Origin: Epiperipatus broadwayi
Lineage: Eukaryota; Animalia; Onychophora
Length of the DNA: 64,000 nt
Assembly (NCBI GenBank): GCA_028023455.1
Contig: JAQFVV010000005.1
Location: forward strand, 7,812,001 to 7,876,000
Direction: 5' to 3'
Position 1 is the stretch's first letter; each line of letters starts with the position of its first letter. Positions 36,740 to 49,114 of this stretch are shown here, piece by piece. Both the position numbers and the translations under genes were made by a program. A model generated the notes under the pieces. That model searched no databases. It was not told the origin of the DNA and saw only the letters and a list, made by a program, of their open reading frames with translations.

Positions 36740-39234
36740 TAATGTTTTGAAGAATAACATTGTTGCTCCAAGAGTTACTTCCACTGGGCACTGGGAGTGG
36801 GCAGAAGAAAACCCACTCCACTATCATCAACAATAGATAACATTCTTGTAGGTTTGGAAATGATCTGTGCAATTAGATAACACTTTGAGGAAACTCTTTA
36901 ATCTAATCAGAATGGAAATGTCGATTGATTATTCAGCTTAGATGATAACCCGACCCATGATATCGCTGAGAAGATTCGCATCAAGCTAAAAAGCCTCCCG
37001 GAGAGGGTGCACCCAGGAATGCATGGCATACCAAAGTTCATCCTCCTACATCTAGAAAAATACCCTGTGCCAATAATCAAAGCCATGATAAACCACTTGG
37101 CAGAGGGAAGTCGAGAGATTAACAACTTGCATTCAATAACATTCATACCATTCCTAAAGAAAAAGGTCAGAAAACAAGACTTGAATAACCTGAGGCCTAT
37201 CTCAATGATTCCCCTTTTAATTAAAATCATAGAACAATTGATTAAGGATCAAATTCAAGTGAAAATTTATAAATACATTTCTGCTAACCAATATGCAAAA
37301 AAGGGAATCATCAATCGACACAATTGACCAAATGAAACTCCTTATTGATATTATTCATACCTGGAGGATGTTGAAACCGATTGTCATCCAGCTTGACATC
37401 TTGGTGGAGTTCGACTCGGTCAGGCCAAACATTCTGATTGACATTGTCTGGGAATATGAGGTGCCAAATGTTTACCTGAGGATGATTGCAAATCTGATAG
37501 CCAACAGAATCATCCACATCACAATGAATGGAAAATTGCACCTGGGTTAGAACTCTCCATCTCTATTCCTCAAGGATCTCCACTTAGCGTGCTATATTTT
37601 ATAGCCTATATCAAGCCGCAATGGATGGAGATTGAGAGAGCATTGCCTGAATTGTTTGTACCTGGCATGGGAAGGAAGATTAAACACCTCACTTATATGG
37701 ATGACATACTCATCTATCTGCTATCCAAGAAATATATCACTAAACTAGAGAAGATACTAGATTGATACTCAGACAAATACAAACTCAAATTCAATAAGAA
37801 CAAATCAACCTCCTGGAGCCTTGCTAATTGGTGAAGAAAATTATTTCAAATTTTACAGCTGAGCCACAGAAATTCTTACACTTTAATTTCTCAAAATCAA
37901 ACAATGCTATAAAAAGAGAAATTGAATAATCCTTATTAACAGCAATTTGCCATACAACGATCTCCCTTTCTAAGATATATATTTCACTTCATTGTAAGAT
38001 AAGACTTAAACTCACTGATTTTCCCAAAAATCAACTATTTCCTATCTGGTATCCACCCATTCAAAATATTGATCAAGAAAATAAACTCTCAGTATGTAAA
38101 ACTATTCTGGGGCCATAAGGTGGCTGCCATCAGCCTTCAAAAACTCCAAATGCCTAGAAAGCTCAACGGCCTATCACTCCATTGTATCAAAACAATGATA
38201 TTCCAGAGAGACTATAACCTACTGTTCAGTCTTCAAAATAATTTCTCGAATATTTCCTATCAAGAAGTTGTCACACAAATCGATAGACCTCCGCCCGCTA
38301 CTAATAGATGGTGGAATTCACTATTTGATAATGTTCTGAAAGTTAATATGCCTGCTTAATGCCATTAATAGAAGAGAGGCATGCTTTGCTATCTCCAAAC
38401 AATGGACTAACTAATTAAAAATTCAAGCTCATTTGCGTATGTGTACAATAAATTACAACAGTCTTCATTCGTAAAGCTATGAGTATATTAAATCTCGAAA
38501 GCACTAAGCAGGCATATTAAACATTATAGTATAATTACAGCTTCACTAACGCATGCGAAAAAATCGCATATGTATAATTAGGAATTTTTATTGGTGAAGA
38601 GAAAAACAATTTTTTACAAAAATGAAATACTGGAATGCACATAGAATAATACATGTCGAAAATAACATAAACAAAGGGTCTCTCAGGATTACCAATCAGC
38701 AACTCGTTTTGAGATCAAAATTTTGGTTCATTCAGGCAAAATTTCAAGACTTCTTAATAAAATTCAACATGAACTCCCTCTCTACGAGCTCATTTTTGGC
38801 ATACAGGAGAAATTTCAAGAAGATCGATTCTGTCTGCCAGATGTGTGGAAGAGAGGAGTCAATCGACCACATTTTTCTTAGATGTCCCAGTATGTCCAAT
38901 TAATGGTACAGCAATCCGAATGGAAACTAGAAATCAATTAAAGACTATAGGACAGGATCTATTTATGGACATAAGACTGGCAATATTCGTGAATTATGCC
39001 CTGTGGTGCTTTAGATGTAAAGCAACGATTGAAAGGATGATAGACCTGCACGGTACTAAATTTAAGAACGTCATGGAGAAAATCATGAAGGACCGACCAA
39101 TTGCTCCAAGCTAAATCACAAGAGCAACATGGGAGAATGTTGTATCCACATTTCTCCAAATTATATGTAATTGATGTCATATTTGTAATTGTAACACCAA
39201 TATAGCAATAGAATAAAATTTCTTTTTAAAAAAA
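36740..39234 (+). mobile_element. Decayed L1/Tx1-like LINE (APE end, RT, zinc knuckle, AATAAA + A tail)
   Basis: Motifs SSTIDNILV, LNNLRPISMIPLLIKIIE, PQGSPLS, TYMDDILI (~37690-37712), CQMCGREESIDHIFLRC and FVNYALWCFRC. AATAAA at 39212-39217, then A7. Confidence 0.85.
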
Positions 39235-39379
39235 TGTAATTAAAGTAAATTGAAGTCACTTAGGATAAATAAAATAAAGAGGTCATCAATGTGTTGAAAA
39301 TTAGAGTCAATTATAAAAAAATCAGGGTTTTTTTGAAATTATTGTTTTGATTCTTGTTCTTATTTCTGCTTCATTCTGT

Positions 39380-41550
39380 ATCATACCGACTTTATTATGA
39401 ATGACTAGAAAAAGAAAACCACCAGCTGTCCAAATACATTGGATCCACGAATTCCTACTCTGAACGTAAAAAAAAAACAAAAAACGATTAAATATCAAGT
39501 ATTTTTAAGAATGTGCTTTAAATAGTTCAGAATGTCAGAGAAAAGAAATTTTCATCGATCTAGGAAACGGATGCAGGATAATAGTTGTGCCTTGGAAAAA
39601 AAAAAGTGGTAGTGCAATAAATCAAGTAATGCACGCAGTCGAGAAAGAAATGTCAACCCGACAAGAAATTCTCACAATGAAATGTAGAAGGAAATTTGGG
39701 TTCAAAACTACATGCTTCTGTTTGCTACTCATATACGTGATGCTAAGATTTTAAAAAAAAAAATGTTTAACGAATAGACTGTTATCCGAAAGAATTAATA
39801 ATTTTAATTTCATTTTACGATGACCTCTGAATACTTATAGTTTTAATAGTTAACTATATTTTATGTATACGCAGTATAAATCATTTTATTTATTGATGAG
39901 ATAGTAAGCGAATTGTGTTGATTAAGAAATATCAGTGATGCTGTTTAATTTCTAAGTATGATTTTTTTAAAAGTTATATTTAAAGAATCCGGAAAACAAA
40001 ATTCGCCTAGCCTCTTTTTATATATATACAATTTGTGTCTTCTTTAAGATAGAAAAAAAAAACAACTAAAAGCATTATCAAAACAAAAGAGTTGTTTTGG
40101 TTTTTTTGTAATCTTAAATTTGCCAAAGAATATTCAAGGTCACGTAAAATAAACAGGGAATCTTTATTAATCGAACACAATAATCTTCACAACGTTTTCA
40201 TTCCCGCTTAAAGAATAGCGGCCCCTGTCGGTCAATGTTACTTAATTAAGAAATTAATTGTTCGTATTGGTACTTACTTTATCATTAAGTTCGACAAAAA
40301 AATAAATAAATAAGATTTAGGTATGTTTCAGTTTTCTGTATTATATATGTAGTCTACATTTTTTAAAATTGCGATTTAACATTTTAATATTATCAAAATA
40401 ACTTTGATTGTTATAATATATGATATTGCCATGTTACAAATGAATAACGTTTAATTAGCTTCATAGAAATTTAAAATATCTTTTTGTGCGTTATTTACTT
40501 GAGGTCCTGTTTTAATTTTATGGCACATACATTTTTTTAATGCTGAAACATGAAAATAAAAATTTAAATCATAGATGTGTATTTATTGGATTTAGCTAGA
40601 TAAGACATTGAAATAAAGTTGTTTAAGAAGATCATAAATATAATATTTAGTGTTTTGATTTATTTGTTTATCTTATGGAAATAACGTTTAGTATTAAAGC
40701 TGCAAATTTTGTTTGAATCATCTGGAGAATCTCCGGAGTTGGCTAATATTAATTTTGGCCAGCCGCGCATAGTTTGGTGAACTGATAGAATGGAGGATTG
40801 TGGAGCTCATTTTTATCTATTGCAGCTTTAGATTTTACCATACAATCATCAATTTTCTGTCATTTGTTTTAGATTGCTGAACGAGAGATTCTGTCTCTAA
40901 TCCGACACGTTAATTTTTTTGCCATTATATAGTACGGTAGATATATAAAATCTATTAATGTGTTGTAAGCCGGGACGGGGGAGGGGGTATTCGTTCAATA
41001 CCAACCAGGTAGCATCAATAACTTTATTTTTTAAAAAAGTAAGACAATTTAAACTTAACAATACAAATTACATTTGAAATATATACGTGCACAGACAGTC
41101 TAAGATGATACATATAAATTTTTATTGGACAATTTTTAATAATATAAACATATTTAGAGTATTATTAGTAGGCAAAAAAAAATTTGTTAAGAAATAACGT
41201 TACTGTTGATATCCAGCATGATTTTATTTATTGTAAAGTAATTTATTAGGTAATATGATTCTAAATACAGTACTCTATTGCTTAGATATTTTGTCTAACT
41301 CCGATTAGACCAAAAACATACTTAACCTTATTTCTTAAAATATTGGAAATAACATTTTGATTAAAAACTTTTTTTTTTTTCAGTTTAAATTTAAGGGATC
41401 TTTTTTTTTTTCAATATTAGATTAATGATTATTTAATGTTCTAAGGAATATCACAATTTTAAATATAGTTTAATGATGTTAGATATAGGCTTTAATTATA
41501 AAGTAAAAGCGGGATCACATGATTAAATTTGTATTAACAGAAATGGTAAA
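39380..41550. promoter_or_regulatory. CpG-retaining segment; candidate promoter/first exon of ZNF-2
   Basis: About 40 CG dinucleotides in ~2.2 kb by hand count, versus about 3 in the first kb of the window. A consensus donor AG|GTATGT lies at 40320/40321. Function is inferred. Confidence 0.35.
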
Positions 41551-41789
41551 CAATCAAGAAAAGCATTAATAAAGCTAAAAAATAATATATTAAGGGGTGT
41601 AACCAATAGTAGAGTGGTGCTTTCAAGATCCAAGTTAAAACAAAAAAGCACTTCAATTTATTCAGTTAAAGAGAACATTTATATTTAAGTTATCATTAAA
41701 AATTCATGATTGAATGGTTTATTGTCCAGGAGTTCATAAATTTTCAATAACTTTTATAATAAGAACCTTTAAGAAATTAGAAAGTAAAT

Positions 41790-42050
41790 ATAATTCATTA
41801 GATTGATTCAGAAGAAAATAGGCAGTGATTAGTTTAGAACTAAATAGAGCAACTAATAAATTCCAAAAAGCAAGAAGATAAGATGCTATAGCAGATGAAA
41901 TGCTAGTAGATATGGAAGAATTAATAAATATCAGCGTATAATTAGGAAAAAGCAAATAGTTGAATGAATTGACTGGCTTAAAGATCTCAACCTTACTGCC
42001 AATGTCATGGAGAGTTGGGAAAAGAATATAATTCTTTTTTAAAGATTAAG
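41790..42050 (+). mobile_element. Short LINE RT remnant
   Basis: KFQKARR*DAIADEML followed by PMSWRVGK. Confidence 0.35.
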
Positions 42051-43199
42051 AAATTTAGCTAATTAAACTTATCATTAAGTGCAATCTGATAAATGTCACA
42101 AATCAAATAAATAACCATATGAAACTCAACATCTCTGAAAAAAGTTAATCCAGTAAAGTAAAATAGTCTTTAAATGACCTACTACATTGATATTCAAAGG
42201 AAAATCGCATAATTTCCAAGTTTGTCAGCTGCATAGTCAGGAAAGTTTGAATATTTTTTTGTTTTGTTTTTATCCACTTATTAGAAATAACCAGTTATTT
42301 GGTTGTTGATCAGTGTTTGATAATTATTTGAGTTGGGCGTAGGCTGGTTATTTTAAGAAAATTTGAGATTTTTAAGCAATCTGAATTTAAACCCACAATA
42401 TTGAAGCATTACAAATGTGTGCTTCATCATTAATATATAGTTCCATGCTTAACTTAAATTATAGACTAAATAATAAATTCTCTAAAAGTAAAATTTGTTG
42501 AACATATAAAAATTTAATTAAGATTTCTCTATCCTATCTAATTTTGATTTTAAAACTTTGGTAAAAAATAACAAAGATAAGAGATTATAATAAAACAAAG
42601 GGTATAATAATATTAAAATCAACTGATGCTAGTATTTTTTTTTTTTTGCTAATTACTTTGCTTTTAATTAGAATTTTTTTTAAAAAGGGCCTGCCTGGAG
42701 ATTTTATATGTAAAAGATTAGATAAGAGAATGGTATACCTAGGAAATGCATTAGGTGGCATGCTTTTTCTTTGATTGATTCAAGCATTCGATTCCTGTAC
42801 TAGCTGGAGCATTAAAGAAATACATCGGTGTGTTTTATCAATGCTAGCATCTGAGGCATTGATCACGTGGTTTAGGTTTCTGAGGTCTAGGCAAATGGGT
42901 TTTGATCAGCATTGTGTGGCATGTACCAGTACCTCCATACATGCAGTGACTTGTTTGGTTTTTGGGTCTTGTTGACGAACTATATGTTTCTGATCATTAC
43001 AATATGAATATGACAAATGGATGTTCTGTCCCTATAATAAAAGGCCTTTTGTATGTTAATCTATAGAAATCACTGATGATATAAATATTTAAAAACAAAT
43101 GAGCCACATCAGATAACTTTCTTATTACTTATGGTATATTTAGTTGAGAAGGTTCAATATTTCAAGTATAATAGATTTTACATCTGTTCTATCCAAGCA

Positions 43200-43780
43200 G
43201 TGTTTAAAATTATCCTAGAAATGCAATTATCTAACTTTTCATGTTTAACAAATACTGGGACATACCAACAAAAAAACACTTTTATTGTGTATATTCCAGC
43301 ACTTTCCATAAGTTGTCTAAATTGGGATACTGATGGAATGTTGTTAATGTTATTGGTTCAATAATGTATATTTGGTAAAAAAAAAATTATCTCAGTGTGA
43401 TATTAACTTCATAGAAAATGATTTCACTGTCATTATGTGAACTGAAGTTTAAATGTAGAAGATGCTTGATGGAATTCCTCATCTCTTTATTTCTGTAGAA
43501 ATATCACATTCTGCAATTTTAATCATCAGTCCATATGATGATAATGAAAATCTTTGAAAGATTGATTTAATATGGGATAAAACAAATTGGATGGATAACA
43601 TAGAATCCCATGAATAAAATGGTGAATGATGGTGACAAGGGAAAAGAATACAGCAGAATCAAATATTTATAATATAATGCATGACTCAAGAAAATTGGCA
43701 GTGGATTTTCTTTCATTATTTCTGATTCCCAAAAATAGGCTTAAATTTGTGAAATAGGAGAAGGATTATATATTGTAATG
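43200..43780 (-). mobile_element. Short LINE RT remnant
   Basis: FPLSPSFTIFIH...IIWTDD...AECDISTEIKR, in RT order and frame-broken. Confidence 0.35.
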
Positions 43781-45370
43781 ATACAAAGTTAGAGAAAAAC
43801 TTATAATCAAATGAAAATGGTTAACAAAATCATATATATCTATATACATTTAATATGAATATAGATATTAAATATAACCAGCACTAATGATTATGATCAA
43901 AAGACCTTAGCACTGAAGGTTAAATAAAGTAGAATTATTTCAAATATATATATTTTTAGATTCAATTAAAAATGAATCTTTTAGGCTTTAATCTCTTAAA
44001 TAGACAAATTACTTCTGGATATTTTATTATTGCTGGTCATTATCATTTTAATATCTTACCATTATCCCTGCCTCTCCCTCAGTGGATTGCATGGCTTCTT
44101 AAAGTTTCATTTAGAATGAGTTCAAGTAGCAAAAAGAAACTGAATTGGTTAATAAAAGCAACTTAATTTATTTACAGTAATAAATATGAAATCTTTGCTT
44201 ATATTCACAATTACTACAAGACAAATAAATAAAAAATATTGAATTGTATAGATATAAATGTTAAGGCCTTATATTCAAATATAAAAAAAGATCTTATCAG
44301 GTAATCAAATGTTTTAAAATTTTGAGGTTTTCATTCATGTTTTTCTATAGATATCATCAACTTACTTTATATATATATGCACATTTTAAACAATATTCCT
44401 TATTGACTTTGCCTTAATTTTAATTATCCTTATTGGATATCAATGACATAATGAATATGAGTCCTACTAAATATAGATACATGTTAGGTCTTATGACAGT
44501 GTTCACTTATTTCCTTACAACATCATTTTTTTCTTTAAAGCAGGTTATATTGCATTCTATGTAACTTCAGTGTTTGTCTATAGATGCATTTGTATAGTTC
44601 CTGGTCTTTTGACTGAAATGTCTTTGTATTAGCCACACATGGTGAATAGTTTTCTGCTAGCTAATATCATTATGGCTGCAGTGGATGGAATATTTAAAAA
44701 TTATTCTAAACAGTCTGCAAGATAAATCTATCTGATGCTATTCTGGGAGATTTATTTATATGTCATGTCCTCATAACTTATTTTTAACACTTAACATATA
44801 ATTAAATTCATATTAATTTATAGAAATAATTTTACACAATATCTTTATCCAATCTTAATAACTGAATTTTAATATTTTTATACATGTTTTTTATAAATAT
44901 TTTTTTCATTCAAATAACAATTTTATAAATGATTATAAAAATAGTTTTGATTTAGGCTGGTGAGAAAAAGAAATGAAACAAAACAAAATGATGAATGAAC
45001 TCTTAAATTTGTTCACTAACTTCCTTCATTTTACAACTTTATAATTTTTTAATAATGTATTCAAATTTGCCATCCAATCTACTATAGGAAAAAGATAAAC
45101 TATTTCTTTAAGCCTATTCCAGAAAGCAGATCTGAAGTACATTTTTATAATTCAAATTCATTTGCATGTAATAAAACTTATCTAAATTAACTAATCTCTT
45201 TTTTTTTATATCATACTAGTCATCACAATTATAATTTTATAAAATATTTTTATTATATAAAACAGTTGTTAGTATCATTAACTTTATAGACTCGTTTCCT
45301 TTTAATTTTTTATATAGCTATAATTTAAGTTATATACTCACATACATATACATATATTTAATATGCATGT

Positions 45371-47920
45371 ATCATCATCTATAATCAGTCCACTGCAGGA
45401 TGAAGGTCTCTCCAAGTTCAATCCATCTTCTCCGATCTTTAGCTTCTCTTCTCCACATCACCCCTGCACACTTTCTTATCTTATCCATCCATCTCACATG
45501 TGGTCTCTTTCTGGGTCGTTTACAATCTATTGGAATCCAGTTTAAGGTTTCAATTGTCCATCTATTATCATCTCTTCTAGCAATATGTCCAGCCCAACTC
45601 CACTTCAGTCTTTTAATTTTTTTCAATGAGGTCAATAACATCTGTTCGTTCTCTTACCCATATATTGCGTTTTCGATCTCTTCTTGTTACTTCCAACATG
45701 CATCTCTCCATACTTCTTTGAGTGGTCTGAAGTTTCTGTATTGCTCTTCTATTAAGTGTTCAAGTCTCAGATCCATAAGTAAGAACTGGTAAAACACATT
45801 TATTAAAAACCTTCCTTTTCAAACACATAGGCATATTTCCTTTTAGTATCAAGTTTAATTCTATGATTAATTTCATCCATTATGATTCCATCTGTATTAA
45901 TAATCTGACCAAGATATTTGTAGCTTTTAATTTCTTCTAACTCATCATAATCTTTATTTTTATATTTTGTGAAAATCCATTAAACATTACTTTAGTCTTT
46001 TTAACATTTATCTTTAGTCCTACTTTCATCTGATAACTCCTGCAACAATTCATGCAACTCTAAAGCATTATTTGCAAAAACAACTACATCATCTGCAAAA
46101 TCTAAATGACATAAATAATCTCCATTTACTTCCACTCCTTTAGCTTCCCATTTTAATCCACTAAATACTAGTTGCAGCACTGCTGTAAAAAGTTTTGGAG
46201 ATATGGAGTCAATCTGTCTTACACCCTTTTCAATGTTGACTTTCCCAGTATCATTATGTAATCTAATTGTTGCTGTTGCATTTTTAGAAATATTTTTTTA
46301 AAATATGACAATATCCTGGATCTATACCTTGATGATCCAATGCTTTAATCACTGAAGAAATGTTTATAGAATTAAATGCCTTTTCATAATCTACAAATCC
46401 AAAGCATAATGGCAACTCATATTCATTTGTCCTTTCTATAACTTCCCTCAATACCTGGATATGATCTACTATACTAAAATCACTTTTAAATCCAGCTTGT
46501 TCTCTTGGTTGGTGGAAATCCAATGTTCTCTGTAGATGAGTTGCAATTATCTTAGTAAAAATTTTGTATAAATCTGGTAAAAGGCTGATAGGTCTGTAAT
46601 TTCTAATATCTTCTTTATCACCTTTTTTAAATATTAATATTAATACTGCATTCTTCCGATCATCTGGTACATCTTTATCATTTAGACATTTGGTATATAA
46701 CTTTGCTAAAAAAAATTCTATTTCCTCGCCTGCTTCTTTTAATATATCAATTATAATTCCATCATTACCTGGTGGTGCCTTTCCTTTCTTCATATATTTA
46801 ATTGCATGTCTCACTTCTTCATTTAAAATTCTGGGCAATTCGGAAGATGTAATAGATGTAGGAGGTACTTGTTCTTTATTACTATATAATTCTTGATAAA
46901 AGTCTTCTATCCATTTCATGATGTCGTCTCTCTTTTTAGTAATAATTTCATCTTTTTTTCTTATTGCAGATATAAGTTTCCTACCAATACCAAAATGTTG
47001 TTTTACACTCTTGAGACTTTTATTCTTTTCTACAGCTTTCCTTGCTAGTTCACAGTTATACTTTCTTATATTATTTTCAACTCTTTTCTGCATCATTTTA
47101 CAAAATTTGAGATATTCAATCCTTTTTAGTGCATCATTTTTGTATATCTTCATATTCCTTCTTTTCTTCATAAATTCTCGTCTCAGTAGAAATTTTATTG
47201 GTCAATTGCTGCTTTTTTCTACCAGCTGTCTTGGTTGCAGTTTTTAAAAGTGTACAAGTTATTTTCATATAAATCTGAATCATGTTCAAAATCTACCAAT
47301 ACCTGAAACCGATTTGTAAGTTCTAATTTAAATTCATTAGACTGTTTCTGAAGATTAGGAATATCAACTGTAAATATTGTTTTTCTTAATAATTTTTGTC
47401 TCTCCAGTTTTGCATTAACACGTATCTTACATCTTACTAATCGATGATCATTTCCTGTGTTAAATTTATTAAGAACATTACAATCTTGAAATATGTTTTT
47501 TTTTTGTTAGTCAAAATATAATCTAATTCTGCTGTACCTTCATTTGAATGCTTCCATGTCCATTTCCTTTTAACATTTTTCTCAAAATAAGAATTCATAA
47601 TATAAAGTTTTTCTTTTTCTGCAAGCTCCACAAGTCTATGTCCTCTCATTTCTATTATCATAACCAAAATTATCTACAGCACTTTTATCTTTCATTTGTT
47701 TACCAATTCTAGCATTAAAGTCTCCCATAACAATTTTAAAATGTTGTTTACTCTGATCAAAAGGCTTTTGTACATCCATATAAAAATATTCTACTACTTC
47801 ATCACTATGAGAACTTGTTGGGGCATAAACCTGAAATATCTGCATTTGGTATCTGCTATTAAGTTGTATAACTAATCTTGCCATTCTGTCCGATACACCA
47901 TCAATCTCCACAATGTATAC
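45371..47920 (-). mobile_element. RTE-clade LINE, near full ORF length but frameshifted
   Basis: APE: QVYAPTSSH...IVMGDFNARIG, LDYIL. RT: KGDKEDIRNYRPISLL, REQAGF, FVDYEKAFNSI, FADDVV (~46083-46100). C-terminus LKWSWAGHIARRDDNRWT...RPRKRPHVRW, ending in a (GAT)n tail. Confidence 0.92.
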
Positions 47921-48875
47921 ACACATGATAATATCAGTTTTTGCTTTTAGAGTCTGATTAAGCTGTCTACTGCTTTCTTGATTGCAAATTTGTAATACAA
48001 CTAATTTGAGCTGCAATCAAATGAATACTGTTACACTATGAAATATTTTAATGTCTGATGTAGTTAAGATAGTGTTGAAAGTATTAAATAAACATATTTA
48101 TAATAACTTTTTTAAATTTATGAATCATTTTGATAAAAATTAGGGCGACTAAAAAATGTACTTGAAATAGTGAGAGCTATTGTTGAGGAATGTACAAAAA
48201 TTAAAAATCATTATAGATAATTTGAATGTATTAAAAGGGAAAGGTATAGATTAGATTGTGATTCATTTATTAAGAACATTGTTTATCGAATAAAAACCAA
48301 TTCTAAGCACAAATCAAATTTTACAAATGTTTAAGATTGAAATGTTAATTATCTCTTGTTTTATTTAATTTATATAATTATTAAATAAATTGATCTAAAG
48401 TTGGAATAGAATTATAGAGTATTAAGTCCATTGTCTAAAGTTCATTGATAAAATTGCAAAGTTTGCACATGAAAGGAATAATTAACAAAATATTAAATGG
48501 GACTGACAAAGTTTGTCAAAACTTTGCAATGAAAATAAATGTAATAAAAATAAAACTGTGAAACAGATAGTGAAAATAAAAGTTTAAAACTAAATGTCAA
48601 AAAGTAAGTTGAAGAACAGGTTGGACTTTTAAATATTTGTATAGTTAGCTATATGATGATGGAAATAGCAATAAAGAATGTAAAGTGAAAATTGTAATAT
48701 CCATATAAATTTTAAATAAGAATATGAAATACAGTAATTCTATAGTTCTTTAAAAATAGATTTAAGAAACAGATCTATTAATTACTATAGATGGCTTGAA
48801 AAATAAATAGGTTTTCTTGAGAAAAAAGATTGGAGGATTTAGAATTGTGATGTGGAAATCATAATTATAATATAT

Positions 48876-49114
48876 AAATATTACCAAAATCACACTTTTC
48901 TTTATGTTTGCCGCAATATCATATAAATATAATTTATCCAAACTTCAAACACTTTTAGCAAACTTTATTTGTACATACACCTACGTTTCGACTGACCTGC
49001 AGTCTTCTTTTGAAGATCAGAATAGCATTACTCTGAAGAAGACTGCAGGTCAGTCGAAACGTAGGTGTATGTACAAATAAAGTTTGCTAAAAGTGTTTGA
49101 AGTTTGGATAAATT
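48876..49114. mobile_element. Family C fold-back insertion with 15-bp TSD and 82-bp perfect inverted repeat
   Basis: ATAATTATAATATAT at 48861-48875 and 49115-49129. 48928-49009 is the exact reverse complement of 49036-49117, with a 26-nt spacer. Confidence 0.9.
49025..49072 (+). ncRNA. Minimal type I hammerhead ribozyme, family C (Penelope-type)
   Basis: CTGAAGA(49033-39)-A-GACTG caggt CAGTC-GAAA(49056-59)-CG-TA|GGTG. 5-bp stem II, palindromic ACGU stem III, GUA site after 49063, wobble-rich stem I. AATAAA lies 12 nt after the site. Confidence 0.7.

Noticed and set aside
40960-41012. GTTCAATACC B-box-like motif suggesting a tRNA gene
   Set aside because: No A box at the proper spacing and no acceptor stem.
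42690-43000. GC-richer patch with CLDLRNLNHVI / CLRC..H on the minus strand (LTR gag/RT-like)
   Set aside because: Motifs are too fragmentary and mutually inconsistent in order to call.
45400-47247. Plus-strand hydrophobic ORFs 45400-45792, 46690-46896 and 46918-47247
   Set aside because: Antisense to the A-rich RTE coding strand; not membrane proteins.
47920-48060. HDV-like ribozyme expected at an RTE 5' end
   Set aside because: No double-pseudoknot pattern is visible; the element appears 5'-truncated.
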